Shown: piece by piece, positions 63,857 through 64,000 of the stretch
Layout: each line of letters starts with the position of its first letter
How positions within the stretch are numbered: position 1 is the first letter of the stretch
Source: Podospora anserina
Taxonomy: Eukaryota
Direction: 5' to 3'
DNA: 64,000 nucleotides
NCBI GenBank assembly: GCA_017654855.1
Contig: CM030336.1
Coordinates: 3,472,001-3,536,000 of the forward strand
Notes under the pieces: model-generated
Told to the model about the DNA's origin: nothing
The model's input: only the letters and a program-made list of their open reading frames with translations
Databases searched by the model: none
Translations under genes and position numbers: made by a program

Positions 63857-64000
63857 ATGAGCATGCGTAAGTACACATTACCTTGCTAAACATCTTCCAA
63901 CAACTAGTACTCACCTCTCTTTTTGATGATCACAGCAAAACTTCACTGGCCTACCATCACCGACCGCCTCGCTAAACTCCCCTCAACAATCCCGCCTCAC
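63857..64000 (+). CDS. 5' end of a gene truncated by the window edge
   Basis: CAAGATG start, GTAAGT intron from 63867 to CACAG at 63935, open frame to the window end. Product unknown. Confidence 0.4.

Overview
Filamentous-ascomycete genomic DNA, probably Sordariales. A Podospora-like origin is my inference from gene content and base-composition style and is not verified. Genes carry short spliceosomal introns. Apparently intact genes: an NsdC/Usv1-type C2H2 transcription factor, a DUF2434-like membrane protein, COG5, a BTB protein, a metallo-beta-lactamase-fold hydrolase, an MFS transporter, a copper amine oxidase, a PTH11-like receptor, an FAD oxidoreductase, a calmodulin-like protein and tRNA-Gln(CTG). 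These alternate with decayed accessory sequence: three broken HET-domain genes, an amidase pseudogene, two tandem ART-like pseudogenes, a FunK1 kinase pseudogene and small inverted-repeat elements. The most notable structure lies at 44.6-55.9 kb. A SNF2/RING helicase gene and a NACHT (NLR-like) gene sit head-to-head, and the NACHT protein ends in a Crz1-like triple zinc finger. Next to them is a 3.3-kb tract with 7 exact copies of ACGGCTCAGC, which is the site those fingers are predicted to read. Other unexplained structures are a ~124-nt hairpin between T-tracts (5.3 kb) and inverted 21-bp-period arrays flanking the BTB gene. Everything was read by eye with no database searches; exon boundaries are predictions.
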